From positions 160,001-224,000 of the forward strand of contig CBDEUM010000022.1 in the NCBI GenBank assembly GCA_965242925.1: DNA of 64,000 nt, in the 5' to 3' direction. The notes under the pieces were generated by a model. It did no database searches, had not been told where the DNA came from, and worked only from the letters and a program-made list of their open reading frames with translations. Made by a program: the position numbers and the translations under genes. Positions 19,105-29,822 of the stretch are shown here, piece by piece. Position 1 is the stretch's first letter; each line of letters starts with the position of its first letter. This DNA comes from Roseibacillus sp. GTDB taxonomy: Bacteria; Verrucomicrobiota; Verrucomicrobiia; Verrucomicrobiales; Akkermansiaceae.

Positions 19105-20331
19105 ATGCATAACAAACCAATTATGAAAGGGATCCTGTTGGCCGTAACCACCTCGATCTTCTCGATCACCAGCCCGGTCGTGGCCGGCGAGAAACTGAAA
19201 ATCTTCATCCTCGCGGGTCAGTCGAACACGGTCGGTCACGCGAACCCCCACACCCTTGCGACCCTGTATCACTCAGACGATGCGAGAGACAAGAGGCTCA
19301 GACAACTGGTATTCAAGGACGGCAGCGGACTCTCCCGGAAAGCACTGGAGGAACAGCTGACCCAGGCCAGGAAGATCGATGAGCTCACCGGCGGGATTTC
19401 CAACGACAAGATCAAGGCGATGAGTGAAGGGGCCGAAAAAACGGCCCTGGAAGCGGAGGTGAAAACGCTCAAGGACGCGCATGAGGCTTACAAGGACCAG
19501 GTCACCTCGTCGTGCGTCGTCTCCGACCGGGTCTACATCAATTCGATTGCAGACGGCAGCAGGAAGGCGGGAAAGCTCGGCGTCGGTTATGGCGGCGGAG
19601 GGAAAAAGCTGGGGCCTGAGTTTGGATTCGGACTCTCGATCGCGGAGAAGACTGACGGCCCCATCCTGCTGATCAAAACCTCATGGGGCGGCAAGTCCAT
19701 CAATTACGATTTCCGCCCGCCCTCCGCGGGTGACTACGAACTGAACGAAAAGCAGAAGTCGGGCGAAAAGGCGGAGGAGATCAGAAAGAATGCAGGCCTC
19801 AACTGGAGGATGATGAATGAAGCCATCCGTGAAGTGCTCGACAACCTGAAGGACAACCATCCGGCCTATGACCCCGCTGCCGGACATGAGATGGCTGGCT
19901 TCGTCTGGTTTCAGGGCTTCAACGATCAGTTCTCGGAGGAATTCCGGAATAATTACCGGGACATGATGGTTCACTTCATCAAGGACGTGCGCAAGGAATA
20001 CGATACTCCGGAGATGCCCTTTGTGATTGGGGTCCTTGGCACCAACATGACCAAGGAGGGAGTGGACAAAAATGCCGTTTCGGTAGCCCAGCGGGAGGCC
20101 GCCAAGGCGCCGGAATTCAAGGACAACGTCCTGTCGGTTGAGAGCTACAAGGATTACTCCCTTTTCTCGCATGAGATCTACAGCAAGGGTTGGCCCAAGC
20201 ATTACCATGAGTGGGATACAGTGGGCAGTGATCGCCCCTACCATTACCTCGGCAGCGGCACCTTCTTCGCCCGGCTTGGGGATTCCTTCGCAACGGCGAT
20301 GGCCGAACTGATCGGGAAGCAGGGGAAGTGA
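19105..20331 (+). CDS. SASA/DUF303 (CE6-like) carbohydrate acetylesterase
   Basis: FILAGQSN, GPEFGFG, IKTSWGG, GFVWFQG, YHY. Confidence 0.85.
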   Translation: MHNKPIMKGILLAVTTSIFSITSPVVAGEKLKIFILAGQSNTVGHANPHTLATLYHSDDARDKRLRQLVFKDGSGLSRKALEEQLTQARKIDELTGGISNDKIKAMSEGAEKTALEAEVKTLKDAHEAYKDQVTSSCVVSDRVYINSIADGSRKAGKLGVGYGGGGKKLGPEFGFGLSIAEKTDGPILLIKTSWGGKSINYDFRPPSAGDYELNEKQKSGEKAEEIRKNAGLNWRMMNEAIREVLDNLKDNHPAYDPAAGHEMAGFVWFQGFNDQFSEEFRNNYRDMMVHFIKDVRKEYDTPEMPFVIGVLGTNMTKEGVDKNAVSVAQREAAKAPEFKDNVLSVESYKDYSLFSHEIYSKGWPKHYHEWDTVGSDRPYHYLGSGTFFARLGDSFATAMAELIGKQGK

Positions 20332-20350
20332 CGTGGCTCAACACCGCCTC

Positions 20351-21863
20351 ATGAAGACAATAACAGCAACTTTCGCTCCCCTCCTGCTGATCGAGTCCCT
20401 CCTCGCCGCCGATCCACTCACCATCGGTTCTGAGGCCGAATGGAAGCAGGCCATCGCCGCATCCGAGGGCGTCGCCATCCGAAACGGCATGGTGGAACCC
20501 ACCGGCAAGACGGGCACCATCAGGACCAGGATCCACAAGTTCGACAGCAAGCGCTGCCCTTCCTCCCTGGTCATCAGGCAGTCCGCCATCTGGCAGAACT
20601 GGAACCCGATCGAAAACCTCGGACCCGCCAACCTGCGCGATGCCCCGGTCCTGCTCACCGTGGGCCCGGGCAACTACTGGATGTTCGGCCGCTACGGCGG
20701 CCTGCAACCGAGGCGCAAGAAGGGCCAGAAGGCCAAGGCGTTACCGCCTTCACCCGGAGCCCGCGAAGCTCGAGGGCTTTGACATCCCCCTGCAGACCAC
20801 GCCTGATGAGAACCAGTACAATGCCCCCGGGGGACTGAAGAAAGGCAAGGGCGGCTACCATGCCTGGCAAAGCCGCGACATGAAGACCTGGGTCCATCAC
20901 GGACCCGTCACCGAGGGATTCTCCAAGTGGGTGACCAGTGCCGAGTGGGTCGATGGCAAGGCCTACATCTACTACGACTTCCCCAACGACCAGGACCCGC
21001 ATGTCTACGTTGATGCGGACCTGACCGACGGCGAACCCGGCCAGAACATGGGTCTTGCGGTGGCCGACCCGTCCCACGGCTCCGATGCCGGCTTCATCCG
21101 CGATCTCGATGGCAAGATGCACGTCATCATCGAGGACTGGAGCCCCATCTCCGCCAACAAGCGGTCCTGGGACTCCCCCCTCGCCGGGCATGCGGTGAGC
21201 AGGAACGGGCTCAACGGATTCAAGTTCGGCCCCCCGGCTGTCGACAACCGCACCAAGCCCACCGGCAAGGTGGCCACCTACAAACATCCCCACTGGATGA
21301 AGGAAGACCCCAAGCGCTTTCCCTCCAACATCGCCGAATACGAAATCCACGAACCCGAGCAGGAAGCCTACGGGGACTGGGCCGCCATCTGCATCGGGGG
21401 CCAGTACTACCTCTTTGGGGACTACGACCCCGCCGGCGGCCACCAGATGGCGGTAGGCTGGTTCACCTCTACCTCCATCGACCAGCAATTCACCTGGTGC
21501 GACAAGATCGGCAATGGCCATCCCGATCCCGATGTCTGTTTTGCCGAGGGCCGGTTCTACCTCGCCACCCAGCAGCGCACCGACTACGTCAGCCCGGGCC
21601 CCTGGGTGGAATCCGTCGAGGCCCGCGTCGGCGTGGACACGGATAACGACGGGAAGGTCAACACCTGGGGCAAGTGGAGCGAACTCAGGGAACGCTATAA
21701 CTACATCGAGGGCTTCTCCAAGCAGGTGAAGCGCACCCCGGCCGAACTCGACCTTTCCGACCTGCCCGCCGGGCACGGTTTCCAGATCGAACTCAAGCTC
21801 ACCGATACCACCGGGAACAAATCCAAACCGATGATCGAAAGCCTGATCCTTTCCTTCGAGTAG
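20351..21863 (+). pseudogene. secreted five-bladed-propeller glycosidase-like gene split by a frameshift near 20750 (pseudogene or sequence error)
   Basis: N-part has a signal peptide and NLRDAPVLL..YWMFG; continues in another frame as PEPAKLEG..WQSRDMKTWVHHG, HGSD, HPDPD. Confidence 0.65.
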
Positions 21864-21944
21864 GACCCCATCCCTCAGGAACCGGCCGTGCTACCCTCAC
21901 GGTGGCTGAGAAGAACGCCCGAGAACACCTGATCTGTTTTCCGC

Positions 21945-24449
21945 ATGACCCATAGTGCCCGCCCTGATCTCCAGAACCCCTTGGGAAAGCTCCTGTCGGT
22001 CTGCCTTTGTGCCCTCTCTCTCGGCGTCACAGCCTCCGCGGCAGACGTTTCTTCCCAACCCCTCGCGTGGATTCATTTCAGCCGAGACGACAAGGACATT
22101 TCTCTCTTCAATGGTTACCCCATGTACTTCGTCTCAGGGGGGGGGCTGGAGATCAATTTGGACGTTGATCCAGACCCAGAGCATTCACTGGCGTTCATGT
22201 GGCTTTGCAAGGAAAACCCAGGTCGTGGTTCCAGTCGCTCCATGAAGGTGCTTGTAAATGGAAACGAAAAAATCCTCACCCATGCGGCCGTCGGCGATAA
22301 AGAGGGCGCGTTCTTCTGGGACGTCGTGCCAGTCACCGCTTTCGGCATCAACAAGAGGGAAAAGGGAAATTACCACATTGTGGCCAACCGCAACCCGGAG
22401 GGAAACCACTCCAGCGTCGTCCTCCAGGGGATCAGGCTGATCACCGACGAAAAGCAGCTCGAAACCCTGGCCCTGCCCGCCACGACCCGGAAGGCCCGGT
22501 TCATCACACCGGGACCACTGGGCAAGGATGAGCAGTTGGCACGAAAAGTGGACCGGCACGCCGCCCGGAAGCGAATCCACAGGAACTGGGTGGGAGAAAA
22601 GAAGCTCTCAAAGAAAGCAATCCAGGAGGACGAATTTCTCTCCGCCGCACAAAAATTTGCCGACACCGCCATCATGCACGGGCGGGACGAATACGGACCG
22701 GAGAACTCCGCCTTGTTCGTGCAGCACCTGAACCGGGAAACCCTCAAGGCTCCCGGCACGCTGGGATGGCTGAAACCATCCCAGGGCGGCCCAAACCATC
22801 CCGTGATTCTCTCGCGATTCGAGCGCTCCCAGAACCTGCTCAGGTTCCTTGCCTCCATGAGCCTGTTCACGGGTGACACCAGGTATGCGGAGGCGGTCAT
22901 GGACTCGATGATCTGCATGTTCGAGGACTACATCTACCCCCGGAGCGGATTACTGGCATTTGGAAACCACATGTCGATCGACCTGGTCGAGGGACAGGCC
23001 TACAGCGACGGCAGGGGCAGCGAACAGTTTGAGCTCCAGGAAACATTCCCGTTCTATGAATTCTTCCATGACGTCTCTCCCGGGAAAACCTCCAGGTTCA
23101 TCAAGGGAATATGGGAAACCTACATCCGGGACTGGCACTCGATGCGCTACAATCGCCACGCGAATTTCAATACCCGTGTTGACATTGAGACGGTCTGGAA
23201 CCGCCCCCTCCGGGAAGTGGCGGATCTCCCCGAGTTTACCCAGGGCGGCGAACTGTCCTTCATCGCCCTCGCCTATGATCTCGCCTACAGCGGCTTCACC
23301 CTCGGCTGCCTTGAAGACGACCTGAAGCCACGAACCTGGGCGAACCGGATCCTCGAAGTCGTCGCGGCGAAGAGCGATCCGAAAACAGGGATCTGGCCCA
23401 TGATGCTCTATCCTCCCCCCTTCTACCGGCGCGGGCTCGAGACCTACGTTGAGGCCTACCCCGACTCGAAGGCCAATGAGGCCCGGGTGATCATCTCGAG
23501 CTGGATCAACAGCGTTCCCATCCACGCCCTCGGCGTCCTGGGCACGATCGAACAGGCCAAGAAGCACGGCCGATACGAAGAAATAAGGAAGGTCCATGAA
23601 ACAGTGGACCAGTGGATCCTGAACTACATGCAGGCGGCCTATGATCCAAGGGCTCACCACCTGAGGAGCATCCTGCTGGATGGTCAGGACGTGACCGATC
23701 TCGTGTTTACCGAGGAAGCAACCCTTCACGGCTGGGGGGCGCAGCCCAAGGGGTCATTCCGGCATCGGCCCGTTACCCCGACGTTCTTTGCCGCCGTCGC
23801 GCAGGGCTTTCGTTTGTGCACTTCCCCCGGATCCAGGACCCGCTACTGGAAGCTCCTGCGGAATCTCTACCGGGGAGCCGGACTGGGGGACATCGGGGAG
23901 AACAGCAAGGCCATCCCCACCTTCAACTATGAAGCGAAGAACGGGGCGGAGGATGGATACGTGTTCGCACTCTCCGAGATCTACCGCGTGACCCGGAACC
24001 CTGAAACCCTGAAGTTCATGGAGCATCTGGGAAGGGAAATCATCAGGCGCCGACAGGATTCCGGGAGCGGCCTTTTCGTGGTGGAAGCGGACCGGAAGCA
24101 GAATTTCCCAGCCCTGAAGGAATTCAAGCAGTCGCCCCACGAGGGAATTACGGTGAAGGACATGATGAGGGAAAAGTTCGGGAGTAATCAGCTGGATTAC
24201 GACCGACCAAAAGTCGTGCCCCTGAACATCACCGAACCTCTCGCCCTCCTCGCAATTTATGGATGCCGAACCGGAGAATTCGAAAAAATCCCCTCCTGGG
24301 TCTCGATCGGCATGGCCCACCATGCGGTTATGAGGGAGCAGGAAATCTGGTTCGATCGATCGAAGTTGGAGAGCTACTACAAGGATCGGAAGGACTACAT
24401 CAAGGCCAGAGGATTCGTCGTGAACGAAGGCTGGTTTCCGGAGAAATAG
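21945..24449 (+). CDS. secreted protein with polysaccharide lyase family 2 (pectate lyase)-like domain
   Basis: QNLLRFL..S..TGD.RY, FGNH, FELQETFPFY, RFIKGIW..YI.DW, NRH resemble PL2 blocks. Confidence 0.6.
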   Translation: MTHSARPDLQNPLGKLLSVCLCALSLGVTASAADVSSQPLAWIHFSRDDKDISLFNGYPMYFVSGGGLEINLDVDPDPEHSLAFMWLCKENPGRGSSRSMKVLVNGNEKILTHAAVGDKEGAFFWDVVPVTAFGINKREKGNYHIVANRNPEGNHSSVVLQGIRLITDEKQLETLALPATTRKARFITPGPLGKDEQLARKVDRHAARKRIHRNWVGEKKLSKKAIQEDEFLSAAQKFADTAIMHGRDEYGPENSALFVQHLNRETLKAPGTLGWLKPSQGGPNHPVILSRFERSQNLLRFLASMSLFTGDTRYAEAVMDSMICMFEDYIYPRSGLLAFGNHMSIDLVEGQAYSDGRGSEQFELQETFPFYEFFHDVSPGKTSRFIKGIWETYIRDWHSMRYNRHANFNTRVDIETVWNRPLREVADLPEFTQGGELSFIALAYDLAYSGFTLGCLEDDLKPRTWANRILEVVAAKSDPKTGIWPMMLYPPPFYRRGLETYVEAYPDSKANEARVIISSWINSVPIHALGVLGTIEQAKKHGRYEEIRKVHETVDQWILNYMQAAYDPRAHHLRSILLDGQDVTDLVFTEEATLHGWGAQPKGSFRHRPVTPTFFAAVAQGFRLCTSPGSRTRYWKLLRNLYRGAGLGDIGENSKAIPTFNYEAKNGAEDGYVFALSEIYRVTRNPETLKFMEHLGREIIRRRQDSGSGLFVVEADRKQNFPALKEFKQSPHEGITVKDMMREKFGSNQLDYDRPKVVPLNITEPLALLAIYGCRTGEFEKIPSWVSIGMAHHAVMREQEIWFDRSKLESYYKDRKDYIKARGFVVNEGWFPEK

Positions 24450-24589
24450 GTGACGCCCGGAGCAGGGTGTCAGGGCTTAGTCAACCCGATCAACAGCAGG
24501 GCCGCCGCTCCTGAGGCTATAAGCTTGCCTTTCCCCTTTTCTTTTGGTCCGGGACTGACCGCTTCCCCGGCCGAAATCCCGGAAACCAA

Positions 24590-24664
24590 TGGTACCCCGG
24601 GCGGGAATCGAACCCACATCTAAGGTTTAGGAAACCCTTGTTCTATCCGTTGAACTACCGGGGC
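24590..24664 (-). tRNA. tRNA-Arg(CCT)
   Basis: GCCCCGGTAGTTCAACGGATAGAAC..TTCCTAA..GGTTCGATTCC..GGGGTACCA; 75 nt with encoded CCA. Confidence 0.96.
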
Positions 24665-24677
24665 GCAGGGCGGGAAG

Positions 24678-24705
24678 ATCCTAGCCCCCACGGTCCGCTT
24701 GGCAA
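24678..24705 (-). promoter_or_regulatory. putative sigma70 promoter of tRNA-Arg
   Basis: TTGCCA-N16-TAGGAT on the minus strand, 13 nt upstream of the tRNA. Confidence 0.5.
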
Positions 24706-24876
24706 GGGAGGGATTCCTGCCCCATCCCCGACCAGGACATCCCCCCGGTCCGGGAGACCCCCCGCAGAATCATCCTGCCACCCCGGGGGGCAGTGAAGAA
24801 GCCCCAACTCTCCCCGAAATCGGATTGGCAATTCAGTCAATCGAGATGACAGTGCCATCCCATGAAGTGCCGCCCC

Positions 24877-26880
24877 ATGAAGATCCTGCTTTCCGCGTCT
24901 TCTGCCCTTCCCCTCCTTGCCCTCACCCCGCCCCTCTTCGCAGCTGAAACGGTCCTGGTGGCAGATGATCCGGCTGCCACGGTCACCGCCCTCGTCCCCA
25001 CTGCCGGGAATGGCGGCAACGCCCTCTCGGTCGCGGACTGGACCAACGTGGCCGCTCCGCCCAATGCCGCGAACTGGAGCGCCGGAACCACCGGGATCGG
25101 CTATGAAGCGAACCCGACCTCAGGCACCAGCTACGCCGGACTCCTCGGACTGGATCTCCAGGACGTCATGGAGGACATCAATGCCACCGCCTACATCCGG
25201 ATTCCCTGCACCATTGACCAGGCCACCCTCAATTCCGCCCAAGGGCTCTTCCTGGACATGAAGTATGACGACGGCTTCATTGCCTACCTCAACGGAGTGC
25301 AGGTCGCGGCCGCCAATGCTCCCCTGCAACCCGGCCCCTCCTCTGCTGCCAGTGCCAACAATTCCGATTCCAGCGCCCTCCAGTTCGAACGATTCGATCT
25401 GAGCGCCTTCCTGCCCCTGCTCAATCCCGGCAGCAACATGCTCGCCCTCCACGGACTGAATGGGGGGGCCAGCAGCAGTGACTTCCTCATCCTGCCCCGC
25501 CTCCTCACCAGCGACATCGCGCCTCCGGTCTGGCCCGACCTTCAACTGGGCAATCCCGTCATCACCACCGCCAACAGCCCCGTCGATCTCATCAATGCCG
25601 GCGATGGCAGTGACCGGCTCTTCATCGTGGAGCGAGGAGGCCGCATCCGGATCTGGGACGGCGGTGCCCTGCGGACATTTCTCGATATCCGCTCCAGCGT
25701 GAACACCAACGACAGCGGCGGCGATGAACGTGGTCTGCTGGGACTCGCCTTTTCACCCGACTATGCCACCAAAGGACACTTCTACGTCAACTACATCAGC
25801 AACAACGCATCCCGTCGCGGCGACACCGTGATCTCCCGCTTCTCGGTGAACCCAGCCAATCCCGACGATGCCCTTGAGGCCAGCGAGGAAGTTCTCCTCG
25901 TCATCGATCAGCCCCAGTCAAACCACAACGGTGGCCAGATCCACTTCGGTCCGGATGGCTACCTCTATATCGGAATGGGTGACGGAGGTGGGGCCGGGGA
26001 CGCCCATGGCTCAATCGGTAACGGACAGGCCACCAACACCTTCCTGGGCAAGATGCTGCGCATCGACGTGGAGGGCGCTCCCGACCCCCGCTCCAATTAC
26101 GCCATCCCGCCCGACAACCCCTTCCTTCTCGACCCCCAGGTCCCCAACGAGATCTGGGCCTTCGGACTACGCAACCCGTGGCGCTGGTCATTCGACCGCA
26201 AGACCGGTGACATGTATATCGCGGACGTGGGACAGTACGACTGGGAGGAAGTCAACTTCGTCCCGGCCTCCAGCACGGGCGGCGAGAACTTCCAGTGGCG
26301 GCGGATCGAGGGGTTCAACACCTTCAACTCCGGAACCCGCCTCACCAAGGGAACCTCCACCGATCCGGTATTCGAGTACGACCACAACGCCGGAAGTTCC
26401 ATCACCGGTGGTTACATCTACCGGGGACGTAGCTTCCCCCGTATGGAAGGAATTTATTTCTTTGGCGACTACAACTCGGGTCGGATCTGGGGACTCCAGC
26501 GGGACCCCGCGGGCAACTGGATCAATCGCCAGTTCCTCGACACCTCGCTGCGTATCTCTGCCTTTGGCGAGGACGAGGAGGGCAACCTCTACGTGGCCTC
26601 CCTCTTCACCGGCGACATCTACCGGTTCAGCGACACCCGAGGCGCGAACTACCTGCAGGTCACCGAGGCTTCCTTCACCCCGCAGGGCCGCGCTGAGATC
26701 AGCTTCGGCACGGAGACCGGCAGGCTCTACCAGCTCCAGTGGTCCACCGACCTGCAAAACTGGGCCAACCTCGGCACGCCCCGGTCGGCCTCCGGCTTCG
26801 AGCTCGAACTCACTGGTATTCTCCCGGCCCTGAATCTCCCGGAAGCGGCCTACTTCCGGGCCCTTGAGCTGGCCAATTGA
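24877..26880 (+). CDS. secreted PQQ-dependent glucose/sorbosone dehydrogenase family protein with extra N- and C-terminal domains
   Basis: ERGLLGLAF, NHNGGQIHFGPDGYLYIGMGDGG, GLRNPWR, DVGQ..EEVN, SITGG; N-terminal YDDGFIAYLNG module. Confidence 0.88.
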   Translation: MKILLSASSALPLLALTPPLFAAETVLVADDPAATVTALVPTAGNGGNALSVADWTNVAAPPNAANWSAGTTGIGYEANPTSGTSYAGLLGLDLQDVMEDINATAYIRIPCTIDQATLNSAQGLFLDMKYDDGFIAYLNGVQVAAANAPLQPGPSSAASANNSDSSALQFERFDLSAFLPLLNPGSNMLALHGLNGGASSSDFLILPRLLTSDIAPPVWPDLQLGNPVITTANSPVDLINAGDGSDRLFIVERGGRIRIWDGGALRTFLDIRSSVNTNDSGGDERGLLGLAFSPDYATKGHFYVNYISNNASRRGDTVISRFSVNPANPDDALEASEEVLLVIDQPQSNHNGGQIHFGPDGYLYIGMGDGGGAGDAHGSIGNGQATNTFLGKMLRIDVEGAPDPRSNYAIPPDNPFLLDPQVPNEIWAFGLRNPWRWSFDRKTGDMYIADVGQYDWEEVNFVPASSTGGENFQWRRIEGFNTFNSGTRLTKGTSTDPVFEYDHNAGSSITGGYIYRGRSFPRMEGIYFFGDYNSGRIWGLQRDPAGNWINRQFLDTSLRISAFGEDEEGNLYVASLFTGDIYRFSDTRGANYLQVTEASFTPQGRAEISFGTETGRLYQLQWSTDLQNWANLGTPRSASGFELELTGILPALNLPEAAYFRALELAN

Positions 26881-27062
26881 GTTCGCGGAGGATTGGCCCG
26901 GGGCAACGTAAGAGCCGACGCCTTCTTCCTGCGTCCGGATTGCGGGATAATCCGTGACCTCAACCTGGGTTGTGATCCGCAGGAGCATCATCGCGTCTCT
27001 TTTCCCGCTGGCCCCCATCTCGCCATGAGACCATCCTCACACCCTGACCTCGTACTACCTGC

Positions 27063-29822
27063 ATGATGCGACCCCTCCTGAAAAACAACCTTGGTTTCCT
27101 GTCAGTAGTCTGCTGCAGCCTCACGCTTCTGTCTTCATGTAACAAGAAGGAGGACCCATCCGCCGAGGATCCACCCGGTAAAGAGGCGGCTACCAGCGGC
27201 AGTCCTAAATCCGGCCCTTCCCCGGAAGAGCCCGCCTCCGGGCAGACCGCCGAAGAACCCGCACCGGTTAAGCCCAAGGCCCCGGAGGAAACAACGGGCA
27301 ACGAACCCGATACCTCGTCCCCGGATGAACCCGCCACCGTCGCGGTAGGGAATGAAGGCAACGCCGCGGACTCTACCGGTTTCGGAGCCGTCTCCTACTC
27401 CTACCGGATCGGAAAATACGAGGTGACTAATGCGGAGTTCTGCGCCTTCCTCAATGCGATCGCCAAACGGGACCCACACAGTCTCTACGACGGCCGTATG
27501 GCAGGTGAGCAGGGCGGCATTACCCGGACCGGATCTTTCGGGGACTATCGCTACGCCTGCAAAACCGGCTGGGAGAGAAAGCCCGTCAGCTATGTCACCT
27601 GGGAGACCTGCCTGCGCTACTGCAACTGGCTCTCCAATGGCCGGGGTGAAGGGGACACCGAGAAAGGATCCTACCGGATCGAGGGAGGGTCCATATCCCT
27701 CCCCGACCACGCCGCGCTCTCCAAGGGAAAGACCACCAGGTGGGTCCTCGCCAGTGAGAGCGAGTGGTACAAGGCGGCCTACTATGATCCAGGGAAGGAT
27801 GGATCCGGTGGATACTGGCCCTACGCCTGCAAGGGAGGATCGGCCCCGCCATGCAATCTCAGTTCCAATGCCATCCAGGAGGTAGGATCCTATGCCACAG
27901 TCACCGCTTACGGCACCTTCGACCAGAATGGCAACCTGTGGGAATACAATGAGCACCGGTCCGGCAACAAGGTGGGGCTCCGGGGCGGATCCTACTTTAT
28001 CAACGACAACGACAGCTACCTGCGCTCGTCCACGCGCTATGATGTCCTGAGCGCCAAGTGGCCCAACTATGGATTCCGCGTGGTAGCCCTTGGCACCGGC
28101 AGGTCACAAGCCTCCTCCACTCCCCGCAAGTCACAAGCCCCCTCCGCCCCTTCGCCGGCCCCAAAGCCCGAACCGCAGCCCGTCCGCACCAAGGCCCGGA
28201 CATTCTACATCAGCAGCTCAGAGGGAAACGACAACCTCGAGGGCTCGGCACCGACCGCACAGGGTGGATCTGGCCCCTGGAAAACGCTCACCCGAGCGTC
28301 GGTCGAATATATCCCGGGCGATACCATCCTGCTCAAGCGTGGGGACACCTGGGACGAGGAACTTCACCCCAGGGGCAGCGGGACACCGGCTGAACCCATC
28401 ACGATCTCCGCCTACGGCGAGGGAAATCGTCCCGTGATCGACCGGAAGGATTTCCGGAAGGACCTTGCAGGAATTCGTCTCAGGGACCAGGGAGGCTTCA
28501 AGATAAGCGGGATTGAATTCAACCGCTGCCTCACCGGGATCTACGCCGATTACTCGGACGGGGCCCCGACGAAGGAGTTCATCTGGATCGAGGACTGCTA
28601 CTTTCACGACTCTCTCCTCTACCAGCACTACGAGGATTACCCCCGCCGCAAGATCGGACTGGGGATCTGCTTCTTTTCCTACGAACGCGACAACCGGGTT
28701 GTCCTCAAGGACATCACCATCAAGGGCTGCATCTTCCGGCGACTGGCCTCCGGAGTCTGGACCAACAGCCCGGACAACTTCAACAAGAACGCCTCCTACA
28801 TCTACAATTTCGCGAACATGAACTTCGAGAGCTGCCTATTTGAGGAAGGATTCCAGTGGCAGCAGGGCATCCGTGGCGTGGTCGGCGGGTCCATGCGCCA
28901 CTGCGTCACCCACGACATCGGCCGGGGTTTCCGCTCCTTCAATGGCGTGGCTGGATCGATGTTCTTCCGCTGCAAGGACTGGACCTTCGAGGATTGCGAA
29001 TGGGGATTCGTCTCCATCGGCCTGGGCAGCGGCGATGGTGAAGCGTTCGATTTCGAGGGGAACTGCGACAACATGACGATGCGCAATTGTCTGTTCCATG
29101 ACACCGATGGCCCGGGCTTTCTACTCTGCTGCTACGCCTCCGACGGGCATGCCCACACCGGGATCCTCATGGAGAACTGTGTCATCAACGGTAAGTCGAA
29201 GCGACCCATCGGGTTGCCCCGTTGCGCAATTGTCAACACGACGGATTGGAACGAATCCACCTGGGAGGAATGCCGCTTCTACCTCTCCAAGGGGGAAGCC
29301 CTCATGAGGGTGATGGATCCCGAGAAGGAGAAACGGACGAAGTTCGTGAATTGCCTCGTGACCGACTTGAGTGCCTCCTGCTCTACTCCAAACCTCGCAC
29401 TCGGAGCGAAGGCCTCCTCAAAGTCAACGGAACCATCGGCAGGAAAGGCTAATGATGGAAATCCGGGAACCGCCTGGACGGGTAGGGCCGACACCGGGGA
29501 ATGGCTGCAGCTTCTATTCCCCCGCGCCCAGACCGTCAACGAGATCAGGCTCAGGGAGGCTCCAACCTCCTCGATTACCCGCTACCAGATTCAATATGCC
29601 GATTCCGCAACCGGGACCTGGAAAAGCTGCTTCAACGGCATGAAAATCGGCGACGATTTCATCGCACCGATCGTACCGCGCAAGACCAGGGGCCTCCGCC
29701 TGCGGGTCATGACAACGGAAAAGGGGAAACCCTCGATCCGGGAATTCGAGGCCTGCCGGGGCACAGGGCGAATCTTCAACGATGTCAATGGATCCCGGGC
29801 CATTCAGGTGATGGGCAAGTGA
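27063..29822 (+). CDS. lipoprotein: FGE/SUMF1-like domain + right-handed beta-helix + F5/8 (CBM32-like) domain
   Basis: lipobox LSSC; KYEVTN, EWYKAAY, GNLWEY, RGGS, GFRVV; FYISS..GND..PWKTL..PGDTILLKRG; NLALG..ANDG..TAW. Confidence 0.75.
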   Translation: MMRPLLKNNLGFLSVVCCSLTLLSSCNKKEDPSAEDPPGKEAATSGSPKSGPSPEEPASGQTAEEPAPVKPKAPEETTGNEPDTSSPDEPATVAVGNEGNAADSTGFGAVSYSYRIGKYEVTNAEFCAFLNAIAKRDPHSLYDGRMAGEQGGITRTGSFGDYRYACKTGWERKPVSYVTWETCLRYCNWLSNGRGEGDTEKGSYRIEGGSISLPDHAALSKGKTTRWVLASESEWYKAAYYDPGKDGSGGYWPYACKGGSAPPCNLSSNAIQEVGSYATVTAYGTFDQNGNLWEYNEHRSGNKVGLRGGSYFINDNDSYLRSSTRYDVLSAKWPNYGFRVVALGTGRSQASSTPRKSQAPSAPSPAPKPEPQPVRTKARTFYISSSEGNDNLEGSAPTAQGGSGPWKTLTRASVEYIPGDTILLKRGDTWDEELHPRGSGTPAEPITISAYGEGNRPVIDRKDFRKDLAGIRLRDQGGFKISGIEFNRCLTGIYADYSDGAPTKEFIWIEDCYFHDSLLYQHYEDYPRRKIGLGICFFSYERDNRVVLKDITIKGCIFRRLASGVWTNSPDNFNKNASYIYNFANMNFESCLFEEGFQWQQGIRGVVGGSMRHCVTHDIGRGFRSFNGVAGSMFFRCKDWTFEDCEWGFVSIGLGSGDGEAFDFEGNCDNMTMRNCLFHDTDGPGFLLCCYASDGHAHTGILMENCVINGKSKRPIGLPRCAIVNTTDWNESTWEECRFYLSKGEALMRVMDPEKEKRTKFVNCLVTDLSASCSTPNLALGAKASSKSTEPSAGKANDGNPGTAWTGRADTGEWLQLLFPRAQTVNEIRLREAPTSSITRYQIQYADSATGTWKSCFNGMKIGDDFIAPIVPRKTRGLRLRVMTTEKGKPSIREFEACRGTGRIFNDVNGSRAIQVMGK

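Noticed and set aside
27960..28095. FGE/CLec domain end (RGGS..GFRVV) as a diversity-generating retroelement variable region
   Set aside because: No template repeat or reverse transcriptase seen in the window, and the domain is internal to the protein.
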